Below are positions 43,426 to 58,792 of a stretch of 64,000 nucleotides of DNA, piece by piece. The stretch comes from the human T2T-CHM13v2.0 reference genome, Homo sapiens. The stretch lies in the NCBI RefSeq assembly GCF_009914755.1, contig NC_060937.1. The stretch is one strand, 5' to 3'. The translations under genes were made by a program, and so were the position numbers. The notes beneath the pieces are model-generated. The model saw nothing but the letters and a program-made list of their open reading frames with translations. It did not search any database and had not been told where the DNA came from. The number at the start of each line of letters is the position of its first letter. Position 1 is the stretch's first letter.

Positions 43426-46400
43426 TGTCACAATGAGAGAGTTTCAAAACTGTTCAATCAAAAGAAAGTTTTAACTCTGTGAGATGAATACACACATCAC
43501 AAAGAAGTTTCTCAGTTTGCTTCTGTCTACAAATTATGTGAAGATATTTCCTTTTCTACCATAGGCCACAAAGTGCTCCAAATATCCACTTGCAGATTCT
43601 GCAAAAAGAGTGTTTTGAAAGTGCTCAATCAAAGGAAAGGTTCAACTTTGTGAGAAGAATGCATGCATCACAAACAAATTTCTCAGATAGCTTTTGTATA
43701 GATTTTATGTGAGGGTATTTTGTTTTCTAACATAGGCCACAAAGACCTCCAAATATCCACTTGCAGATTCTACAAAAAGAGAGTTTCAAAACTGCTCTAT
43801 CAAAATAATGGTTAAAATCTGTGACTTGAATGCACACATAACAACGAAGTTTCCCAGAAAGCTTCTGTGTAGTTTTTATCTGAAGATATTTTCTTTTCCA
43901 AAATAGAGCACAAAGCCCGTCAAATTTCCACTTCCGGATTCTACAAAAAAAGTGTTTCCAAATTACTCAGTCAATAGAAAGATTCAACCCTTTTTGATGA
44001 ATGCACTCATCACAAAGATGTTTCCAAGAATGATTCTGTGTAGTTTTTATTTGAAGATATTTCCTTTTCCAACGTAGGCTGCAAAGGGCTCCAAATTTCC
44101 ACCTGCAGATGCTACAAAAAGAGAGATTCAAAACTGCTCAATCAAAAGATAGGTTCAACTCTGTCAGTTGAATGCACACATCACAAAGAAGTTTCTCAGA
44201 ATGCCTCTGTGTAGTTTTTATGTGAAGATATTTCCTTTTCCACAATAGGCCGCAAAGCACTCCAAATATCCACTTGCAGATTCTGCAAAAAGAGAGATTC
44301 AAAACTGTTCAATCAAAAGATGGGTTCGACTCTGTGAGTTGAATGCACACCTCACAACAAAGTTTCTCAGAATGCTTCTGTGTAATTTTTATTTGAAAAT
44401 ATTTGCTTTTCCACAGTAGACCTCAAAGCGATACAAATATCCACTTGCAGATTCTGCAAAAAGAGAGATTCAAAACCCCTCAATCAAAAGATAGGCACAA
44501 CTCTGTGTGTTGAATGCACACATAACAAAGGAGTTTCTCCGAATAATTCTGTGCAGTTTTTATGTTAAGATATTTCCTTTTCCAAAATAGGCCTCAAAGC
44601 CCTCCAAATATCCACTTCCAGATTCTACAAAAACAGTGTTTCAAAACTGCTCAATCAAAAGAAACTTTCAACTCTGTGTGATGAATGCACTTAACACAAA
44701 GAAGTTTTTCAGAATGCTTATGTGTAGTTTTTATTTGAAGATATTTCTTTTTCCAACACAGGGTGCAAAGAGCTCCAAATATCCACTTCCAGATTCTACA
44801 AATGGAGAAATTGAAAACTGCTCAATCAAAAAATTCGTTCAATACTGTGAATTGAATGAACACATAACAGAGAAGTTTGTCAGAATGCTTCTGTGTAGTT
44901 TTTATGTGAGGATATTTCCGTTTCCAAAATAAGCCTCAAAGACCTCGAAATATCCACTTCCATCTTCTACAAAAGGAGAGTTTCAAAACTACTCAATCAA
45001 AAGAAAGTTTCAAGTCTGTGATGAATGCACTCATCATAAAGAAGTTTCTCTGAATACTTCTGTGTAGTTTTTATTTGAAGATATTTCCTTTTCCACAACA
45101 TGTCTCAAAGCTCTACAAATATCCACTTGCAGATTCTGGAAAAATACTGTTTCAAAACTGCTCCCTGAAAGGAAGTGTTCAACCCTGTGAGATGAATGCA
45201 CACAACACAAAGAAGTTTCTCAGAATGCTTCTATGTAGTTTCTATTTGACGATATGTCCTTTTCCACCATTGGCTGCAAAGGGCTCCAAATATCCAGTAG
45301 CAGATCCTACAAAACAGATATTCAAAACTGCTGAATCAAAAGATACGTTCAACACTGAGAGTTGAATGCACACCTCACAAAGAAGTTTCTCAGAATGCTT
45401 CTGGTTAGTTTTTATGTGAAGATGTTTCCTTTTCCACATTTGGCCTCAAAGCTCTAAAATATCTGCCTGCAGATCCTGCAAAAAGAGTGTTTCAAAACTG
45501 CTCAATCAAAGGAAAGATTCAACTCTCTGTGATGAATGCACTCACCACAAAGAAGTTTCTTTGAAAGCTTCTGTGCATTATTTATTTGAAGATATTTCCT
45601 TTTCCACCATAGGTTGCAAAGGGCTCCAAATATCCACTTGCCGAATCTACAAAAAGAGTTTCAATCAATAGATAGGTTCAACCATGTGAGTTGAAAGCAC
45701 ACATCACAAAGAAGTTTCTCAGAATTCTTCTGTGTATTTTTTATGTGTGAAGATATTTCCTTTTCCACAATAGGCCTCAAATCGCTCCAAATATCCAATT
45801 AGAGATTCTACCAAAAGAGAGATTCAAAACTGCTCAATCAAAAGAAAGGTTCAACTCTGTGAGATGAATGCACACATCACAAGGAAGTTTCTCAGAATGC
45901 TTCCGTGTAGTCTTTAGGTGAAGATATTTGCTTTTCCACAGTAGGCCTCAAAGCCCTCCAAATACCTACTTGCAGATTCTACAAAAAGAGTTTTTCAAAA
46001 CTGCTCAATCATAAGAAAGGTTCAACCTTGGGAGTTGAATGCACACATCACAAAGACGTTTCTCATAATCCTTCTGTGTAGTTTTAATTTGAAGATATTT
46101 CCTTTTCAACCATAGGCCGCAAAGGGCTCCAAATATCCACTTGTAGATTCTACAAAAAGTGACATTCAAAACTGCTCAATGAAAAGATAAGTCCAACTCT
46201 GTGGGTTGAATCCATACCTCACAAAGAACTTTCTCAGAATGCTTCTCTGTAGTTTTTATGTGAATATATTTCCTTTTCCACAATAGGCCTCAAAGCTTTC
46301 CAAATATCCACTTGCATATTCTGCAAAAAGAGAGATTCAAAACTGCTCTATCAAAAGATAGGTTCGACTCCGTGAGTTGAATGCAAACATCACAAAGAAT

Positions 46401-49400
46401 TTTCTCAGAATGCTTCTGTGTAGTTTTTATGTGAAGATATTTCGTTTTCCACCATAGGGCGAAATGGGGCTCCAAATATCCACTTGCAGATTCTACAAAA
46501 AGAAATTCTAAGCGGCTCAATCAAAAGATAGGTTCCACACTGTTAGTTGAATGCACACTTCCCAAAGAAGTTTCTCAGAATGCTTCTGTGTAGTTTTTAT
46601 GTCAAGATATTTTCTTTTACACAATAGGCCTCAAATCTCTCTAAATATCCACTTGCAGATTCTACAAAACGAGTGTTTCAAAACTGCTCAATCATAAGAT
46701 AGGAGCAACTCTGAGAGTTGAATGCACACATCACAAAGAAGTTTCTCAGAATGCTTCTGTGTAGTTTTAATTTGAAGATATTTCATTTTCCAAAACAGGC
46801 TTCAAAGCTCTCCAAATATCCAATTGGTGATTCTGCAAAAAGAGGGTTTCAATACTGCTCAATAAAAAGAAAGGTTCAACTCTGTGAGGAATGCATTCAT
46901 CACAAAGAAGTTTCTCTGAATGCTTCTGTGTAGTTTTTATGTGAAGATATTTCCTTTTCCACAATAGGGTGCAAAGAGCTCCAAATATCCACTTGCAGAT
47001 TCTACCAAAAAAGAGATACAAAAGTTCTCAATGAAAAGATAAGTTCAACTCTGTGAGTTGAATGCATATCTCACAAAGAAGTTTCTCAAAATGCTTCTGT
47101 GTAGTTTTTATGTGAAGATTTTTGATTTTCCACAGTAGGCCTCAAAGCGCTCCAAATATCCACTCACAGATTCTGCAAAAAGAGAGATTCAAATCTGCTG
47201 AATCAAAAGATAGGTTCAACTCTGTGACTTCAATGCAAACCTCACAAAGGTGTTTCTCAGAAAGCTTCTGTGTAGTTTGTATATGAAAATATCTCCTTCT
47301 CCAAAACAGAACTCAAAGCCCTCCAAATATTTACTTCCAGATTCTACAGAAAGATTGCCTCAAAACTGCTAAATCAAAACAAAGGTTCAACTCTGTGATG
47401 AATGCGCTCATCAGAAAGAAGGTTCTCTGAATGCTTCTGTGTAGTTTCTATTTGAAGATATTTCCTTTTCCACTATAGGGCGAAATAGGGCTCCAAATAT
47501 TCACTTGCAGATTCTACAAAAAGAGAGATTCTAAACTGCTCAATCAACAGATAGGTTCAACACTGTGAGTTGAATGCACACATCACAAATAAGTTTCGCA
47601 GAATGCTTCTGGGTAGTTTTTATTTGAAGATATTTCCCTTTCCACAATAGGCCGCAAATCGCTCTAAATATCCACTTGCAGATTCTACAAAAAGAGTGTT
47701 TCAAAACTGCTCAATCAAAAGAAAGGTTCTACTCTGTGAGATGAATACACACATGACAAAGTAGTTTCTCAGAATGCTTCTGCGTAGTTTTTATGTGAAG
47801 ATATTTCCTTCTCCACTATAGGCCTCAAAAGGCTCCAAATATCCACTTGCAGATTCCAAAAAAATAGTGTTTCAAAACTGCTGTATCAAAAGAAAGATTC
47901 AACTCTGTGCGATGAATGCACAGATCACAAAGAAGTTTCTCAGAATGCTTCTGTGTAGTTCTTAAGTGAAGATATTTGTTTTTCCACAGTAGGCCCCAAT
48001 GAGCTCCAAATATCCACTTGCAGATTCTTCAAAAAGAGTGTTTCAAAACTGCTCAATCAACAGAGACATTCAGTTCTGTGAGATGAATGCACACATCACA
48101 AAGAAGTTTCTCAGAATGCTTCTGTGTAGTTTTTATGTGAAGATATTTGATTTTCCACAGTTCGCCTCAAAGTGCTCCAAATATCCACTCGCAGATTCTG
48201 CAAAAAGAGAGATTCAAAACTGCTGAATCAAAAGATAGGTTCAACACTGTGACTTCAGTGCACACCTCACAAAGATGTTTCTCAGAATGCTTCTATGTAG
48301 TTTTCATATGAAGATATCTCCATCTCCAAAATAGAACTCAAAGCCCTCCAAATATTCACTTCCAGATTCTACGGAAAGATCGTCTCAAAACTGCTCAGTC
48401 AAAACAAGGGTTCAATTCTGTGATATGAATGCACACGTCACAGAGAAGTTTCTCAAAATGCTTCTGTCTAGTTTTTTTTGAAGATATTTCCTTTTCCACC
48501 GTAGGCCACAAAGGTCTTCAAATATCCACATGCTGCTTCTACAAAAAGAGAGATTAAAAACTGCTCAATCAAAAGATAGGTTCAACTCTGTGAGTTGAGT
48601 GCACATCTCACAAAGAAGTTCCTCAGAATGCTTCTGTGTAGTTTTTATGTGAAGATATTTCCTTTTCCAAAATAGACCTCAAAGTCCTCCAAATGTCCAC
48701 TTCCAGACTCTACAAAAAGTGTGTTTCAAAACTACTCAATCAAAAGAAAAGTTCAACTCTGTGAGATGAATGCACACATCACAAAGTGGTTTCTCAGAAT
48801 GCTTCTGTGTAGTTTTTATTTGAAGATATTTTCTTTTCCACCATGGGTCACAAAGGGCTCCTAATACCCACTTGCAGATTCTACAAAAAGAGAGATTCAA
48901 AAAGGCTCAATCAAAAGATAGGCTCTCCCCTGTGAGTTGAATGCACACATCACAAAGTAGTTTCTGAGAAGGCTTCTGTGTAGTTTTTATTTGAAGATAT
49001 TTCCTTTTCCACAATAGGCCTCAAAGCTCTCCAAATATCCACTTGCTAATTCTTCAAAAAGATCGCTTCAACACTGCTCTATAAAAAGGAAGTTTCAACT
49101 CCATTAGATGACTGCACACATCACAAAGAAGTTTCTCAGAATGCCTCTGTGTAGTTTTTATGTAAAGATATTTCCTTTTCCACAATAGGCGTCAAAGGCC
49201 TCCAAATATCTACTTGCAGAATCTTCAAAAAGAGTGTTTCAAAAGTGCTCAATCAAAAGAAAATTTAAACTCCGTGAGATGAATGCATACATCACAAAGA
49301 AGGTTCTGAGAATGCTTCTGTCTTGTTTTTATGTGAAGATATTTGATTCTCCACTGTAGGCAACAAGGCGCTCCAAATATCCACTTTCAGATTCTACAAA

Positions 49401-52400
49401 AAGAGTGTTTTGAAACTGCTCAACCATAAGATAGGTTCAACCTTGTGAGATGAATGCACACAACACAAAGTAGTTTCTCAGAATGTTTTTGTGTAGTTTT
49501 TATTTGAAGATATTTCCTTTTCCACCATAGGCCACAAAGGGCTCCAAACTTCCACTTGCAGATTCTACAAAAAGAGAGATTCAAAACTGTTCAATCAAAA
49601 GATAGTTTCAACTCTGCGTGTTGAATGCACACATCACAAAGAAGTTTCTCTGAATGCTTCTGTGTTGTGTTTGTTTATGTGAAGATATTTGCTTTTCCAC
49701 TATAGGACGAAATAGGGCTCCAAATATCCACTTGCAGATTCTGCAAAAAGGGAGATTCAAAACTGTGCAATCAAAAGATAAGTTCTACTATGTGAGTTGA
49801 AGGCACACAAAACAAAGAAGCTTCTCAGAATGCCTCTGTGTAGTTTTTATGTGAATATATTTGATTTTCCACAGCAGGCCTCAAAGGGCTCCAAATATCC
49901 ACTTTCAGATTCTGAAATAAGAGAGATTCAAAACTGCTCAATCAAATGATAGGTTCAACTCAGTGAGTTGAATGCACACCTCACAAAGAAGTTTCTCATA
50001 AAGTTTCTGTGTAGTTTTTATGTGAAGACATCTCCTTCTCCAAAATAGGCTTCAAAGACCTCCAAATATGCACTTCCAGATTCTATGAAAAGAGTGTTTC
50101 AAAACTGCTCAACCCAAAGAAATGTTCAACACTGTGTGATGAATGCCCTCATCACAAAGAAGTTTCTCTGAATGCTTCTGTGTATTTTGTATTTGAAGAT
50201 GATATTTCCTTTTCCACCATAAGGCTCATAGGGTTCCAAATATCCACTTGCAGATTCTACAAAAAGAGTGTTCCAAAACTGCTCAATAAAAAGAAACGCC
50301 CAACACTGTGAGATGAATGCACACATCAAAAAGTAGTTTCTCAGAATGCTTCTGTGTAGTTTTTATGTGAAGACATTTGCTTTTCCACAGAAGGTCTCAA
50401 AGTGCTCCAAATATCCACTTGCAGATTCTACAAAATGAGTGTTTAAAAACTGCTCAATCATTAGATAGGTTCAACCCTGTGAGATGAATCCACACATAAC
50501 AAAGTAGTTTTTCAGAATGTTTCTATGTAGTTTTTATTTGAAGGTATTTCCTTTTCCAACATAAGTCGCAAGGGGCTCCAAATATCCACTTGCAGATTCT
50601 ACAAAAAGAGTGTTTCAAAACTGCTCCATCAAACGAACAGTTCAACTCTGTGTGATGAATGCACTCACCACAAGGAAGTTTCTCTGAATGCTTCTGTGTA
50701 TTATTTATATGAAAATATTTCCTTTTCCACCATGGGCCGCAAAGGGCTCCAAATATCCACTTGCAGATTCTACAAAAAGGGAGATTCAAAACTGCTCAAT
50801 TAAAAGATAGGTTCCACTCTGTGAGTTGAAAGTACAAATGACAAAGGAGTTTCTCAGAATGCTTTTGTGCAGTTTTTTGGGAAGATATTTGATTTCCACA
50901 GTAGGCTTCAAAGCCCTCCGAATATCCTCCTGCAGATTCTGCAAAAATAGAGATTCAAAACTGCTCAATCAAAAGATAGGTTAAACTCTGTGAGTTGAAT
51001 GCACGCATTAAAAAAAGTTTCTCAGAATGCTTCTGTGTAGTTTTTTTGTGAAGATATTTGATTTTCCAGAGTACGCATCAAGTCGCTCCAAATATCCACT
51101 TGCAGATTCTATAATGAGTTTTTCAAAACTACTCAATCAAACGTAACGTTCAATTCTGTGTGACAAATGCACACATCACAAAGAATTTTCTCAGAATGAT
51201 TCTGTGTAGTTCTTATGGGAAGACATTTCCTTTTCCAACATCTGCCACAAAGGGCTCCACCTCTGCGAGTTGAATGCACTCATCACAAACAGATTCTCAA
51301 AATGCTTCTGTGTAGATTTATGGGAAGATATTTCCTTTTCCACCATAGGCTTCAAAGTGCTCCAAATATTCACTTGCAGTTTTGACAAAGATAGAATTTC
51401 ACAACTGCTCAAACAAAAGAAAGGTTCAACTCTCTGAGATGAAAGCACACATCAAAAAGAAGTTTCTCAGAAGCTTTCTGTGTAGTTTTTATGTGAAGAT
51501 ATTTCCTTTTCCACCATAGCCCTCAAAGATCTCCAAATATCCACTTACAGATTGTACAAAAAGAGAGGTTCAAACTGGTCTATAAGAAGATACATTCAAC
51601 TCTTTGAGTTGAATGCACACATCACAAATAAGTTTCTCAGAATGATACTGTGCAGTTTTTATGTGAAGATATTTCCTTTTCCACCATAGGCTGCAAAGGG
51701 CTCCAAATATCCACTTGCAGATTCTACAAAAAGAGAGTTTCAAAACTGCTCTATCAAAATACATGTTCAACTCTCTGATATGAATGCACAAATCACAAAG
51801 AAATTTCTCAGAATGCCCCTTTGTAGTTTTTATGTGAAGATATTTCCTTTTACACAGTAGATCCCAAAGCGCTCCATATATCCACTTGCAGATACTACAA
51901 AAAGAGTGTTCCCAAACTGCTCAATCAAAGAGAGGTTCCACCCTGTGAGATAAATGCACACATCACAAAAAAGTTTCTCAGAATATCTCTGTGTAGTTTT
52001 CATGTGAAGATAATTCCTTTTCCACCGTAGGCCTCAAAGCGCTTCAGATATCCACTTGCAGGTTCTACAAAAAGAGTGTTTCAAAACTGCTCAATAAAAA
52101 GAAAGGTTCAGCTCTAAGAGATGAATGCGCACATCACAAAGAAGTTACTCAGAATGCTTCTGTGTAGTTTTTATGCTGAAGATATTTCCTTTTCCACAAT
52201 AGGCCTCAAAGCTCTCCAAGTATCCACTTGCAGATTTTAATAAAATAGAGTTTCCAAACTGCTCAATCAAAAGAGAGGTTCACCTCTGTGAGATGAATGC
52301 CCACATCACAAAGAATTTTCTCAGAATGCTTCTGTGTAGTTTTTATGAGATGATATTTCCTTTTCCAACATGAGCCACAAAGGGCTCCAAATGTCCATTT

Positions 52401-52796
52401 GCAGATTCTACATAAAGAGAGTATCAAAACTGCTCAGTAAAAGGAAAGGTTTAACTCTTTGAGATGAACGCACACGTAACAAAGAAGTTTCTGAGAATGC
52501 ATCCTTGTAGTTTTTATGGAAAGATATCTCCTTTTCCACCATCGGCCACATGTGGCTCCAAGTATCCACTTTGAGATCATATGAAAAGAGTGTTTCAAAA
52601 CATTTCAATCTAATGCAATATTCAACACTGTGAAATGAATGCACACATCAGAAATAAGTTTCTCAGAATGCTTCTGTGTGGTTTTTAGGTGAAGATATTT
52701 CCTTTTCCACTATAGGCAACAAAGGGCTCCAAATATGCACTTGGAGATTCTACATAAAGAGAGTTTCAAAACTGCTCTATGAAAAGATGGGTTCAG
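43426..52796 (-). repeat. Alpha satellite, reverse orientation, a further monomer family
   Basis: Diagnostics 'cttctgtgtagttttt', 'aatatccacttgcag', 'aaaagataggttcaac' and 'gagagattcaaaac'. Confidence 0.95.
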
Positions 52797-53701
52797 GTTG
52801 GGGAGGAGCCAAGATGGCCGAATAGGAATAGCTCTGGTCTACAGCTCCCAGCGTGAGTGACACAGAAGACAGGTGATTTCTGCATTTCCATCTGAGGTAC
52901 CAGGTTCATCTCACTAGGGAGTGCCAGAGAGTGGGCGCAGGTCAGTGGGTGTACGCACCATGCATGAGCCAAAGCAGGGCAAGGCATTGCCTCACTCAGG
53001 AAGTGCAAGGGGTCAGGGAGTTCCCTTTCCTAGTCAAAGAAAGGGGTGACAGACAGTACCTGGAAAGTCGGGTCACTCCCATCCAAATACTGCACTTTTC
53101 TGATAGGTTTAAAAAACGGCACACCACGAGATTATATCCTGCACCTGGCTCAGAGGGTCCTACTCCCAAGGAGTCTCACTGATTGCTAGCACAGCTGTCT
53201 GAGATCAAACTGCAAGGCAGCAGCGAGGCTGGGGGAGGGGTGCCCGCCATTGTCCAGGCTTGCTTAGGTAAACAAAGCAGCCAGGAAGCTGGAACTGGGT
53301 GGAGCCCACCACAGCTCAAGGAGGCCTGCCTGTCTCTGTGAGCTCCACCTCTGGGGGCAGGGCACAGACAAACAAAAAGACAGCAGAAACCTCTGCAGAT
53401 TTAAATGTCCCTGTCTGACAGCTTTGAAGAGAGCAGTGGTTCTCCCAGTACGCAGCTGGAGATCTGAGAAGGGACAGACTGCCTCCTCAAGTGGGTGCCT
53501 GACCCCTGACCCCCAGCAGCCTAACTGGGAGGCACCCCCCAACAGGGGCACATTGACACCTCATATGGCAGGGTACTCCAACAGAACTGCAGCTGAGGGT
53601 CCTGTCTGTTAGAAGGAAAACTAACAAACAGAAAGGACACCCACACCAAAAACCCATCTGTACATCACCATCAAAGACCAAAAGTAGCTAAAACCACAAA
53701 G
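52797..53701 (+). promoter_or_regulatory. L1 5'UTR internal promoter (YY1 site aagatggcc at 52811-52819; antisense promoter region)
   Basis: Canonical L1PA 5'UTR sequence. Many CpGs have decayed to TG/CA, so activity is doubtful. Confidence 0.8.
53176..53250 (-). pseudogene. L1 ORF0, prematurely terminated
   Basis: Manual translation gives MAGTPPPASLLPCSLISDSCASNQ*. This matches the ORF0 N-terminus with a CGA>TGA stop at codon 25. Confidence 0.75.
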
Positions 53702-54675
53702 ATGGGGCAAAAACAGAACAGAAAAACTGGAAACTCTAAAAAGCAGAGCGCCTCTCCTCCTCCAAAGGAACGCAGTTCCTCACCAGCAACAGAACAAAGC
53801 TGGACGGAGAATGACTTTGACAAGCTGAGAGAAGGCTTCAGACAATCAAATTACTCAGAGCTACGGGAGGACATTCAAACCAAAGGCAAATAAGTTGAAA
53901 ACTTTGAAAAAAATTTAGAAGAATGAATAACTAGAATAACCAATACAGAGAAGTGCTTAAAGGAGCTCATGGACCTGAAAACCAAGGCTCAAGTACTATG
54001 TGAAGAATGCAGAAGCCTCAGGAGCTGATGTGATCAACTGGAAGAAAGGGCATCAGTGATGGAAGATGAAATGAATGAAATGAAGTGAGAAGGGAAGTTT
54101 AGAGAAAAAAGAATAAAAAGAAATGAGCAAAGCCTCCAAGAAATATGGGAGTAGGTGAAAAGACCAAATCTACGTCTGATTGGTGTATCTGAAAATGATG
54201 GGGAGAATGGAACCAAATTGGAAAACACTCTGCAGGATATTATCCAGAACTTCCCCATTCTAGCAAGGCAGTCCAACATTCAGATTCAGAAAATACAGAG
54301 AATGCCACAAAGATACTCCTTAAGAAGAGCAACTCCAAGACACATAATTGTCAGATTCACCAAAGTTGAAATGAAGGAAAAAATGCTAAGGGCAGGCAGA
54401 GAGAAAGGTCGGGTTACCCTCAAAGGGAAGCCCATCAGACTAACAGCGGATCTCTCAGCAGAAACCCTACAAACCAGAAGAGAGTGGGGGCCAATATTCA
54501 ACATTCTTAAAGAAAAGAATTTTCAACACAGAATTTCATATCCAGCCAAACTAAGCTTCATAAGTGAAAGAGAAATAAAATACTTTACAGACAAGCAAAT
54601 GCTGAGAGATTTTGTCACCACCAGGCCTGCCCTAAAAGAGCTCCTGAAGGAAGCGCTAAACATGGAAAGGAACAA
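53702..54675 (+). pseudogene. L1 ORF1p (RNA-binding/chaperone protein), disrupted
   Basis: MGQKQNRKTGNSK... stops at 53891-53893. The later fragment KRPNLRLIGV...PALKELLKEALNMERN follows, with several stops, and the C-terminus is deleted. Confidence 0.93.
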
Positions 54676-58474
<3,799 letters not shown>

Positions 58475-58792
58475 ACAATGAGATCACATGGACACAGGAA
58501 GGGGAACATCACACTCTGGGGACTGATGAGGGGTGGGGGGAGGGGGGAGGGAGAGCATTAGGAGATATACCTAATGCTAGATGACAAGTTAGTGGGTGCA
58601 GTGCACCAGCATGGCACATGTATACATATGTAACTAACCTGCACAATGTGCACATGTACCCTAAAACTTACAGTATAATAATAAAAGAAAAAAACTTAAA
58701 CCAAAAAAAATTTTAGCAAGTTTTAAATCAATTTACTACCTGTATTTTAGGTTAAATAAAATTAAATCCGCAATTAAAAAAAAAAAGAAAAG

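Noticed and set aside
52793-53008. 71-aa antisense ORF as L1 ORF0
   Set aside because: The length coincides, but the ORF0-like sequence (MAG.PPPASL...) starts at 53250 and is truncated. This is a different incidental frame.
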